Shown here in pieces: positions 1 to 11,800 of a stretch of DNA of 37,300 bases. The stretch spans positions 1 to 37,300 of the forward strand of contig JAHLWZ010000763.1 in the NCBI GenBank assembly GCA_020536535.1. The letters run 5' to 3'. The first letter of the stretch is position 1, and each line of letters opens with the position of its first letter. Position numbers and translations under genes: made by a program. Under the pieces are notes generated by a model that saw only the letters and a list, made by a program, of their open reading frames with translations, did not search any database and had not been told where the DNA came from. This DNA comes from Pelomyxa schiedti. Taxonomy: Eukaryota > Protista > Evosea.

Positions 1-303
1 TCACATTCACAATCAGAATCCCAATCCCATACACAAGACCACCACCATCAGGAACAACAGCAACACACAGCAGGAGGCAGCACACTCAATAGCAGGAAGG
101 GATCCAAAACAACCACACCATCATCAAGCTTCCTTGTTGTGGCCAATGATTCACACTCTGAATCCAACGCAGAGGGTGGTGCATCATGCAAGGAACATAA
201 ACTGAGCACATTGCACGAGAATCTGGCATTCAACCAGAGCCAGTGGGCTCAAATGTCCGCCGCAGTTTCAAAACCCTCAACACCAAAAGCAAAGGCACTC
301 TAG
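1..303 (+). CDS. 3' end of an unknown gene with a low-complexity S/H/Q-rich C-terminus (5' part outside window)
   Basis: Frame 1 is open from base 1 (SHSQSESQSHTQDHHHQEQQQH...KPSTPKAKAL) to TAG at 301-303. Confidence 0.55.
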   Translation, partial: SHSQSESQSHTQDHHHQEQQQHTAGGSTLNSRKGSKTTTPSSSFLVVANDSHSESNAEGGASCKEHKLSTLHENLAFNQSQWAQMSAAVSKPSTPKAKAL

Positions 304-376
304 AGTCTGTGTATCAGGTAGGTGATGGTAATTTATGGAAAAAAATAGAATTTTTGGCAGACATTTAACATGGGTA

Positions 377-1881
377 TCACAATTGGTGGGCATTAACTGT
401 GAGGTTTGTTGTGGAGGGTGTTGTATCGGGGTTTGTGTTAGTGTAGGATATAAGGGGATCGTAGGGAGGAGGTTGTTGTATGCTCAGAGTTGTTGTGTCT
501 ACAGCGGGTTGTGCCGGAAGCGGTTGAACAGCATAGGTTTCATATATATTGGGAGGAGGTGGTGCTGAGGGTGGTGCGTACGTTCTCCCTGTATTAGAAG
601 ATTAGATGAGGATATGGAAGAGAATAAAAGGAAATACTGGAAACCGGCAGTAATGGAGCATTGCCCCCGGGTCCATTCCTACTTCTCAGAAAGCAATAAA
701 CAACAGATGAAGCCGCAGCTAGGAAACCAACTCCGGCGACAGCAAGGAAGGCTATTAGGCAGTAGAATCCGGTCAGTGTTAAACCCCATATCCTTATCGA
801 CCCGGAACTACAATCATCTCCGCTGTACTATTCAATTCAATTAGAAAAACTGGAGTTCAAAGAAAAAACCTCAATGTATGCAGTATCGCATGTGCATATA
901 TTGCTAGTTTCATCGCATCCGCCATTGCAGTTACAGTTGCCTGGGCATGTTGAAGGGCACCAATCATCCCAACAAAACTCAACCCAGAAGGAGACGTCTG
1001 TAAAAGCTGGTATAACCACAAGGATGTAGTAGTTATTCCCTGTGGAAATTAGCATCTTCGACATTTTTGGTGTATTATATTATTACTACTTCTTGGGAAC
1101 CTGGTTCCAATGGTGGTGAGGAATCACCATTGGCTACAAGGGCATAACATTCAGAGTTTTCATAGTCAGAGCACAATGGGTNNNNNNNNNNNNNNNNNNN
1201 NNNNNNNNNNNNNNNNNNNNNNNNNNNNNNNNNNNNNNNNNNNNNNNNNNNNNNNNNNNNNNNNNNNNNNNNNNNNNNNNNACATTTTTGGTGTATTATA
1301 TTATTACTACTTCTTGGGAACCTGGTTCCAATGGTGGTGAGGAATCACCATTGGCTACAAGGGCATAACATTCAGAGTTTTCATAGTCAGAGCACAATGG
1401 GTCCAGAACGGACTGCGGGCATATCCTAATATTCTCATAGTCTAGTGATGGTTACTGCTGTGGCCAACGTAATAATATTCTTGGTAATAAACATTTACAC
1501 ACCGTACCGTCGGTGAAATGTGAGGTTCGCACCATGTCAATGAACGCGGTAGTGTTGTCATCAGCAGTGTCCGGCACTTCAATAATGAAGGTGTAACTAG
1601 AACCCACTACACCAGTACTCTCACTCCAGAAGTTCTATAGTGAAGACACAGCCAATAAATTATACAATTTTGCTTGGGTAAGGTGCCACCCCAAAACATA
1701 CCTTTATGCCTGGATACAAGTAGGTACTGATTCTGGGGCCAGCCTCCCCCCTCGCCATCATCATCATTTCCCCCTTGTCACCACCTTCGACTTGCATGGC
1801 CTCATTTGTATAGCCATGACTGCTGCTGGACAACAAACCAACAACAATTACAACAATAGCACCCACAATGCCCCTCAACAT
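377..1881 (-). CDS. Multi-exon single-pass type I membrane protein: signal peptide, EGF-like domain, TM helix, Pro-rich tail
   Basis: ATG 1881 gives MLRGIVGAIVVIVVGLLSSSSHG (signal peptide). EGF-like CPSTCPGNCNCNGGCDETSNICTCDTAYI/YSGDDCS. TM GFYCLIAFLAVAGVGFLAAASSVVYCFL. Tail APPSAPPPPNIY...QPPPYD...NAHQL then TGA 377-379. Spans the gap at 1182-1281. Confidence 0.75.
1061..1402. other. Scaffold gap (N 1182-1281) with an identical 121-bp sequence on both sides; probably an unmerged contig overlap
   Basis: 1061-1181 is identical to 1282-1402. Confidence 0.9.
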
Positions 1882-2145
1882 CGCTCTCGTCACGCAACAG
1901 ATAGACGCCGGGGTTATTGTCCCAGAGGGAATTGGGGGACACCAATTCCAATTGCGTGGGAGAAAATGCGGACAATTTTCAGAGAGTACGCGTAACCCTG
2001 TGTTTGATCCATCAAACGTTGGATCTGTTGGTGACTTGCTCTCACAATCAGAGAAACCCGAACTTAGGTATTTAACGTAAGTTGAAGTAAGGTGCGAGTG
2101 TCATAACGCGGTAACCGTTCGCACAACACACACGCACGCAGACAC

Positions 2146-3083
2146 ATGGACCACGGTGACATTGTCAGAATAGAGAAAGATGTGCAGTGCCAAGCAAACT
2201 TTTTTTTCCTTTTTTTTTTTGTTTTTGTTTTTTTAAAAGATTTAACTTTGTGAAAAGGAATTGGTGCTGCAGGGATGGCTGCTTAAACAGGGAATCATAC
2301 ATACAAACTGGAGGAAGAGGTGCCTTTGGGTTTTCTACTAGTTCTTACTGGCTTCTGTTCCGAACAGATGGTTCCGAAACACGTTGTCATCATTGAACAC
2401 ACTGGAATATTACTCCGAATCCACTTGTGCAAAGACTTCCTTTAAGGTTGTCTATTGGCCTATTGTCTTTTATTTACCGGTGTTTCATTTTCAACAGGGT
2501 ACTATTGACTTGAAGAAAGTTGTTGAGTGGCGGGTAAACCACGGTAAATCACTTGGTGATAATATGGTAACTGGAATTCTACTCCGGACCTCATCCAGGA
2601 CTTGGAAACTCGTGGCTGAAGGTGCCACTAATTCGGACTACTGGACAAGAGGGTATTATACTCAATACCGCCATAATAAACTCTGAATCCTCTAAAAGAT
2701 TCAACCACCTTCTGCGCCGGGTTCATCCTCCAAAAACAGTTCCAACAACAACGGTCAGCCCTGCAACAACAACCACGTCAGCACATGAACCTCACCCCAC
2801 AAAGAATCACAGCAAGAAAAGCACACATTCAGCACACAGCCACAAACACAGAAGCTCATCGCATTCCAGTGATGCTGAGTACCGCCATCATTACAACAAA
2901 GTCACAGCAGAGGAAAACCGTAAGGCAGTGGTCAGTTCAACAGCTGAGGCTGCTGATGTTGATTGTGGGTTTGCAGTAAGTAACCTGGAAGAGATATTGG
3001 TACTACCGCCTGGTACAAGTCAAGCAAGCAGTGCTTTCAACCAGGCAAACTTGTTGCCTGATGTTGATTGGGGAGGATTCTAA
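2146..3083 (+). CDS. PH-domain protein with a His/Ser/Thr-rich C-terminal tail (spliced)
   Basis: Spliced MDHGDIVRIEKD/ELVLQGWLLKQGIIHTNWRKR/WFRNTL...LEYY.../GTIDLKKV...RTWKLVAEGATNSDYW matches the PH signature (GWLxKxG..WxxRWF, GxIxL, C-terminal helix W). Last exon is ORF 2622-3083. Confidence 0.85.
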
Positions 3084-3251
3084 AACAGTGGAATGGTTCC
3101 CGTTCATTCCAACATGTATTATATTATGTATTCTGTTTCTTTTTCTTTTTCCGAAACTAAAACAAGCAATTTATTTACTTGTCTTTTTTTTGTCCCTGCC
3201 TCACTATTCACATATAATATAATCTCAGCAGAGGATTTGCATATCAAAGCT

Positions 3252-6032
3252 TTAGGATTTTGTAGCAGGCTGTTCTGGTGCTGCTACTGCTTGTTTATCT
3301 TCATGAGGCTCATCCTTCCTTGGTACCCTTGAAGTCATGAATTTCTCCAATGTATTAGACCAACAGTGGGACTTCCCATCATGGCGCTCAGAGTCCTCAC
3401 AGAAAGAGAGTAGAATGGTATCAACAGCAACCTTGTACGTGGTTGTAAAGGCTGAAGATACCAAGTAGGAGAGGACTCCCACTATCTGATGGGTTTTGAG
3501 AAGGAGAAGGTAAAGTGGAGAGGGATATGATACCACTACAGGAATAACCCAGTAGTGCAAATCCGGCATTCTGTACATTGCATAGGCTGCTGCCGTAGTT
3601 GTGATTCCAACAACGAGAATATTCATCACAAAGAGAAGAAAACTGGATATGCCTGATACAACTCCTTACAACAGGTAAGGAGAAGAACGAAGTGGAAGGT
3701 AGTCTTACCAACACGTAAAATGTTACTTGTTATAAGTATAAATGCTCGAGAAGCAGCTCGGCAGAAATTCTGTGATTTCATAGCAATCTGAGAAATCCAA
3801 TTAGTAAATAGAGCTATTTAAGTACACTTACCATGATATAGGCGTTTCTGTTTAAGAATTTGACGATCCTTTCCATTACCCAAAGTAAGCAGTGCAGGCA
3901 CCGCATAAGACATTTTGTGGCTTGGGTATTGAAACGTCTCATTTTGTCTTCAAACTGCCTGGGGAGTGTGATAACACTGTTGATTTATACTTTTGAAAAT
4001 ACTTGAGCAAAATGCGGAGGAATTGTATGATTGCCAAAATGAGGCTACCAAATGCCATGGAGCCTAAATGGTATACAACAACGTTCTTAAATGATCTCGT
4101 AATAGGAAATCGGGGAAAATCCTAATAAGGTGAGGGAGATTCTAAAAAAGTTCGAAATCATACTTCTTTTTCCACGCACCAATACCAAAATGAGATTGCT
4201 CCGGCCACTGTAGTTTCCCCAACAGCAAAAATGAACGCTGTGGTCCACAGTAAACCTTTGGGGAAGTTTTAACACCAAAAAATACTGCAAAAGTGAAGTA
4301 ATACCAAATAGGTGGTACAAATACAGGTACTTAATAGCGATGGGAACTTTATACACGGAAACCCCAATTGAGAGGGTCTCCTGTCCTAAAGATGCCGTGG
4401 CCATGAAACTGAAACAATGGGGAATTACTTTAATAGTTATAATAGTCAGGATTTTACCATGATACAGTTAACCAGTAGGTATACAAAATTCCAACGAAGA
4501 CAAATATCTTGGATCATGTAAGAATTCGATAAAAGAATACATAGTTAGCAATACCACAACAGGGTACAACGTAAGAAGAGGCATTTTAGCCAAAGCTTTG
4601 CTTGATTCTTTGAAAATGGCAACTGCAAGGTGTATTCTGTTTCTGAGGACGATTATCAAGAGCATAATCACGAAGTCTGCTGCCAATAATATGTAGGATA
4701 CAATCCGAGTTGTATTTACCATATTCAGTTCGGATTTGATTGCTAGTGCAGGGTTGTCAGGGAGGTCCATGTTCATGTCTGATGCTACACGCAGAATCGA
4801 TAAGTAAACCGTTAGTTAAGTGTTGTGTGTAACCTGCTGTCCACACCCATATCGTTGCAAGAAGCATAACGGCAACAATCAATATTATGGAAGCCCAGAC
4901 AATCACCCCAGCAAAAAGCCGTAAAAGAAATATAAGTATCCAGGACAAAATCACGGCAGCTACAACAAAAGCACAAACTATCCACCAAGTCTTTAGAAGA
5001 TCTGCCAGAACTTTGGAAAATGTGCCGCCAGCGTTGAAGGCACTGTACAAGGCCTCCATCATCACTGTTCCATCCAAAAACTGAATTTGTGTTAGGTAGG
5101 CAACCTTAAAGAACAGTACTGTTTCCTCAGAGGCTGAAGAACTGTTAGTACTCGAGATCGATGGATCTGACGTGTTCTTCTCATGGAAAAAAGTGTTCCA
5201 AATAGACTCGATGAAAGAAATGTTGCTGATATCTGGGGCACACCGTCCCAAGACTATTGGGTGTTAGGAAATAGGCCACATCGAAAAACGGCGCACTTGG
5301 TGAAGCCTTATATGGAGGCCAGCATAGTCCATCGTACAAATCCCATACTGATGGAGAAGTAGTGTCGTTATGCTGCAGTAGGCCATAGTTGCAAATAAGT
5401 TGTGACCGTGCGGCCTCTCCATCAGATGTAAAGGGAATGAACATCAGGGCAATACTTTCTACATCCACCGTATGACTAGGACACTCAGAGAGGCATAACT
5501 TTTGGTTTATTTTAAGGTTCTCCCATCAGCAACTGCATAATAACAGGAGGGAATAACGTACTTGTACAGATAGGTCAAGTGGGTTTGGCCAGTACAAAAC
5601 AGATTTGTTGGTCATGTCAAAATGAAATCCATCTTGTACGATTTTCGATCCGTTGTTGGTATCTCCGCACATATTCCCATACATATCAATACCATGCGTG
5701 AGTCTTAAGTAATTATGAGAATCGATAACAGAGATGCAAACAACTTTTTGAAAATAATTTGGTACCATAACACTCTACAAACCTTTTTACGTCGCCAGCC
5801 TGAATTGACACAACTGCAATTGCAACCATTCCTCCCCAGAAAACCGCAAAAAGCAGTAAAAAAAACACGTCGGTGCACGAGTGCGACGCGTGCGGCCCGT
5901 ACTCCTCGTCAACGTCCCTGTCGATGTCAGTGTTTTGGGAGTGAGGCGATTATGGGTTGGCGAGTACTTTTGGTCACTGACTTTGGCAGGCGAGCAACAG
6001 CAGCAAGAACAAAGTGCTCCTCGGCATCCCAT
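3252..6032 (-). CDS. Choline transporter-like protein (CTL/SLC44 family), multi-exon
   Basis: N-terminus MGCRGALCSCCCC..., HSCTDVFFLLLF, HGIDMYGNMCG, LRNRIHLAVAIFKESSKAL, YHLGSMAFGSLILAIIQ, FLNRNAYI, VDTILLSFCEDSERHDG: all CTL hallmark motifs. Confidence 0.92.
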
Positions 6033-6346
6033 AATCACCCAAGTCACTCGGCGCAACCGCCCTCTATGCTACAACCGCAACGTCGTTGGTTCTGGTTTTA
6101 TGGTTAGTGGAATCTCAAGCCAGTGATCCCCAACTCACTGTTGAGACGCCATTGAGCTCCTGAGCCCCAGAGGAATCTTTCTCAGAGGGTGCACCCAGAT
6201 ATTCCGTATTGTCCCAAGTCCACAGACCAGAACCCATCACTGTTCGCGTTAAATTCGAACGCAACTGTTGGAAGTTTCATAATTCTGTAATCTTTTTCTT
6301 CTTGTTCTTGGCAGTGACACTGAGCACAAACAACAAACAAACAACA

Positions 6347-8719
6347 ATGAGCAACAAACTAGTGGAGTGTGTTCCCAATTTCTCGGAGGGACGTGACCAT
6401 ACCGTTATTGATGCCATAGTCCAAGCGTATGTGCCATAACTTACCCGTTTTTTACTTGTTCGAAATGACAGTTATAATAACATTTTTATGGTGTCTCTTC
6501 GCTGTTGCATTTTGGTCAACCTGTTGTCGGAGTGTGCGTAATTATTCTTGATAGTAAGTAACATTTTGGTGTTGAATAGGGTGAAGAACACAGCTGGATG
6601 CACTGTGTTGGATTGTGACCCTGGTGCTTCTACTAACAGGACCGTCCTGACTTTCGTTGGTTCACCAGAGGCTGTGGTGGAAGGTGCTTTCAATTGCGCT
6701 GCAAAGTGCAAGGTATCACGTGCACTTGTGCGTTGACGCATTAATTAACGGGCACCTTGTAGGAGCTTATTGACATGACAAAGCACACTGGTGCCCATCC
6801 AAGGATGGGTGCTATGGATGTGTGCCCGTTTGTTCCTGTAAGCAACGTCACTATGGAAGAGTGTGTGCAGTGTGCCCACGCATTCGCGAAGAAAGCTGCA
6901 ACTCAGCTTCGTATTCCCCTCTTTCTCTACGAGGTTATACCTACTTTGCCTATATTATACTTACATGCGATGCAGGAAGCGGCAACCAAGTCATATAGGA
7001 AGGCACTCAAGGATATCAGGGCTGGTGAATATGAGGGACTTCGCGAAAAGATAATGCACCCCGACTGGGTTCCTGATTATGGACCCCAAGAGTTCCTTCC
7101 CAAGTATGGAGCCACAGTCACCGGAGCAAGATTCTTCCTTATAGCTTATAATATCAATGTACTGGGTACCAAAGAGCAGGTTGGTTGTTTCTGCAAGCCT
7201 TCACTGTCTGACTTGTTCTTTCTCCAGGCACACAGAATTGCTCTTAACCTCAGGGAAACAGGACGCGGAGCTGGCAAGCCAGGACGGCTCCCCAAAACCA
7301 AGGTAGATCCAAGTTCTGTCAGCAAACTAATTCCAAGGTTCATTTCAAAAAAGGCAATTGGGTGGTGGGTTGCAGAATACAATATGGCACAGATCTCCAT
7401 GAATTTAGATGATTACCGCATCACTCCTCCACATATCGCCTATGAAGAGAGTAAGAAGGATGCAGCTGAGGTTGGAGTAGCAATTGTTGGGAGTGAAATT
7501 GTTGGGTGCGCCCGCTTCAACCATATTTGAGGAAAAATTGTAACTCTACAATTAGACTTGTTCCTCTCGATTGTCTCTTGGCAGCAGCGAACTATTACGC
7601 GAACCGCGAAGGTTTACTCCTTCTTGAGGAGGACCAAAAAGTGAGACTTGCCGTTGAACGCCTTGGTATAAATGTTCCGCTGTTGTGTCTTTTAACTTCA
7701 TTCAGGACTTGGAGCATGCAAGCCATTTGAGGCCAATAAGAGAATCATCGAATACATTGTCAGTGGTGATTCTGCCACTACTGCCCCTTTGGCATCTCTT
7801 ACAGTGAAGAACTTTGTTAAAGAAGTTGCAGCCAGAAGTGTTGCACCCGGTGGCGGGTCAGTCTCCGCCCTTATAGGTACTATGCTATAGCACTGGTTTT
7901 CCAATTCACGGCATTAAGGGTCTCTTGGCGCCGCTTTGGGTGCGATGGTCGGTCTACTTTCCTACGGGAAAATTAAATTCCTGGACAAGGATAAAATTAT
8001 GCGCGAAAACATTCCCCCTCTCTACGAGTAAGCCTTTCCATCCTATTCCGCAATTTAACTCATTACCACCAGTGCAATGGCAAAACTCATACCCCTCATC
8101 GATGCCGACACAGCGGCATATAATGCAGTAGTTGCCGCACACCAGCTTCCTAAGGTTCTAATTTTTTTTTCCTTTCCACACACTGTCTGACCGATTTTTT
8201 CAGGATGACCCAAACAAGGCTGCGGCCATAACCAAAGCCAACCAGCAAGCAACGGAAGGTAAGAAATCCAACCAATACCAAATCAACTACCAATAACACA
8301 CAAATAGTTCCCCTTACAACAATGCGTGTTGCCTCTACCTGCTGGCCAGCCATGCTTCAAATGGCCCTTCACGGCAACATTGGCTCCAAGTCTGACCTTG
8401 AAGTCGGTGCCAGGGTACATATCTACTTGCTCACTTAAACAAACACATAAAACGGCACTACCTGTCTAAATCCCAACTACTATATCAAGCCAAAACAAAT
8501 TCAACCCTAACCCACAATTGACAGGCACTTGAGCTTGGCGTTTGGGGAGCACACCGCAATGTGCTCATCAACACAGAACCCATGCCCAAGTCCGAATGGA
8601 AAACCGCAGTAACGGCAGAAGCAGAGGGCCTCATGAACCTCGCTGTGGCTCAGTCCAAGGCAGTAGTTGATGCCATAAACGCAAGGCCAATGCCCCCTCC
8701 AACACCTGAGGACTCATAG
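6347..8719 (+). CDS. FTCD: Bifunctional formimidoyltransferase-cyclodeaminase (His catabolism/folate one-carbon), multi-exon
   Basis: [62 protein letters not shown], cyclodeaminase [54 protein letters not shown]. Stop TAG 8717-8719. Confidence 0.96.
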
Positions 8720-8880
8720 GCAAAAACCCAATCATTCAAGATAGTGCCAGGTGCCACTTGTTCTTAACGAATTGTGGGGAACAACAAACAAACCTTCTTT
8801 TTCCGTCTTTTTTGTTTGTCCTTCACACCAACTTGAGCACTTTTCACACTTTTGGGTTTTCCTGGTGATTGTCCAATCAG

Positions 8881-11800
8881 ATGGCTGATTTCGAGGAAGA
8901 GTAAACCGCTGGTCCACGGCCAACCAACGAATCTTCCACAAGACGAAAAATTTGTCTGGTGACAAACTCATCATCCACTTTCCAAAGTGTTGTGAACCTA
9001 CCGCGAAAAGAATTGTTCTCTTCGATGATTTGTGAGGCACAAACAACTGAATTCTTGGCAAAGAACCAAACTGTAACTTCTGTGTATCACTATCTTTCAG
9101 AAAACCTTACCCTCAGGGAGCGTAGCAAGCACATGGACCGGACAGATTTCCAGTGTGTGCTCACCAAGCTTTTCCCCACAGGTTATTCGAATTGTCTTCC
9201 CCCCCACCTTGTTTTCCTCATGGTCACACAGAGAGCGAACGAGAAAGTGGAGGACTGTCCACTGCGAAACGAATAGAGGAGTACATCACCACCATTCGTG
9301 GAGGAAACACAGCCCTCACTGTGGAGAGATGTTGCGATACTCTGGGAGGCAAGTCATACCTGCAGATAGAGTACAACTCCACTCCTCAAGCAGGGAGCTC
9401 ATCGCCTCCTTTCTATCTGCTCCCAAGTTCCTCTTTTCTGCAGGTTGGGCTTGTTTCGTGCTCCTCCCATCATTTCCTCTTTTGACTCTACTTCACCAAA
9501 AGGCGAACGACCGTGGGTCGTCTGTGCAGGATGCCCATGACAGATACGTTGGCCAGGGCCTGTCTGTCCCACAATTGGCTCCGCCGGCCTACCGCGTCAA
9601 CGCCGGGCTAGTTTGTTACCTCTTCGATAGGCTGGCACTTGAGCGACCCACAATTCGGTGCCGAGTGGTTTGCCTCGTGCCCCTTTACGACGATGCCTCA
9701 TCTAACGCAGTTTACGTTCAACGTCAAATCCGTGGGTCTTTTTTTCCTTATGCAAAAATTCACCCAATTTTTTTTTTTACACGTACTCTATTGTTTGAAG
9801 TTAGTAACTGTACTGTTCACAATGCTGACTTTTTTCCCCTAGGCAAGTTGGAAGTGGAGGAAGGCGTGAATAAAGCAGATGCCCTGATTCTTGATACGTG
9901 GGGCAAACCAAAGCTTGGTTGGTATTGCCACTTTTTACCATTTGTCACGTGAACAAGAGGATTTTGGTCTATTACATTGGAAGATTCTTGTGAAACCTAT
10001 CAAGTACAAGGGTGTAAGTCTATCCGAAGTTGCCCAGAGCGTTTTTACAGCCCTCAAAACTTGCTTTTACTCCTGTACTATCTTTCTCCCTTATTTACAA
10101 CAACTAATAAGAACAGACATTTGTCCCTCTTATCCAGCATGCAACTCGGAGTTTGATTGTCGTCTGGACAGTTCTTTCAATGTAACTCCTCTTTACGGGG
10201 AAATACCGAATAATACTCTGGAGCCCTGTGACTATTCTCTCCAGGGAAGGATACTCATTCGCCCGAAGTATAATGTTGGTACTCACGTCCTGTTCTAGTG
10301 ACTTACTCCACAACTACAGGTAGCAACAGTGAAAACGGAATTAGAAAATTACTTTTGTGAAATCAAGAGAAATCCAGATCTCTTCCAGAGACTGTGCAAA
10401 CTTGGGGATTCTTATAGACCTAGTGTTAAACTGGATGAGGTGTGTAAATGGAACCTATAAAAAAATCCCTGATGGTTTGTCCTGTAGTACTCTCTCAATT
10501 TTGAAATTGGGGACCAGTTGTGGCATTGCATCATTTGTAAGAAGGTGCCCCCCTTTTTTTTCCCCTACTTCATACTTATATTTCCCAATCAGGATGACCA
10601 GTTCACCCCCCTGGTGACCAAGTCATTTGAGTACGCCGGGTGCCAAACAGAGCCAATATCCTGGTGCCCCACAAGCTCTGCTGTGCCAGACTTCAACATC
10701 ACACGCCACGGTAAAGTGGAGATGGTTGGATTTGCATTGCCGAGTGTGCAACAACACAGCGGCGACGATAGCGAGAACCTTTTCCTAAACTCACTGGACA
10801 AGAGTTACAGAATCCTGAGGAACATCATCCTTCTCGAATCCGAGAGATGTGGCACCGTTTCACCGTCGTCAGCATCACCGGTTCTCACGCCTGACGATAG
10901 TATACAAGAGGGAAGGATCACAACCTACCCGGATCTCATGGGCCAACCATCGTGGAAAGACTTCGTGATTCCATCAGAGGGACTTTCAGAGGAAACCAGA
11001 CTCCATAAACTCAAGGTTCAAATACCGAAATAAACAATTCCGCTTAAGAAAGAAAAGAGAAACAGAGATTTCCTGCAGCAACAGTGCCAACGACTTCTTG
11101 GATATCAAATGAATACGAATTTTGCGCCTCTCTCTGATGAAATGATAGATTGTTTCAAAGTACCGGGCAATAATGTTGGGGATCCTTTCCAGCCAGGAAA
11201 CTTAACGGTATGACCCCCTTCTTCTTGCATTGCTGGCACTGCAATTAACAACAATGTTCAGCTGAACACAAAACACTTGGAGATCAATGTTCTGAATTAC
11301 TTTGCCAAGTTGTGGGGAATTCAGCATTTCCGTGATCCAGCCAATCCACCACCTCACCCTGAGTCATATTGGGGTTACATTCTCACAATGGGGGCAACAG
11401 GTAAAAACCCCCAACCTTCGCAAGGATACTGATTCGAACACAGAGGCCAATATGTATGCGTTGTTCAATGCGCGGGACTATCTGTCTGGAGTTTCACTGA
11501 TCAATGCACAACGGGTGCCTCCAAGAAAGAGTGAAAGGCACAGAGAATTCAAAATGCCTGTTGTCAATCAGTTTAGCTTGGCACAACCAGCATTTTCAGC
11601 CCAAATGTCCATGAGACCTCGAGAACCACTCGCACCTCATGATCCCTCTTTCACTCCTGTTGCATTTTTCAGGTTTGAAAGTTTATGTCAACTTTCCTTG
11701 TGATCTCACGATTTTGGCAGCGAAGACACACATTACTCAATCATCAAAACATTGCGCTCGATGAGCATCTTCTCGTGCATGGAACTCGGGAAGATGATGC

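Noticed and set aside
1061-1402. 121-bp direct repeat as a real tandem duplication or target-site repeat
   Set aside because: Perfectly identical and directly flanking a 100-N gap, typical of an unmerged contig overlap.
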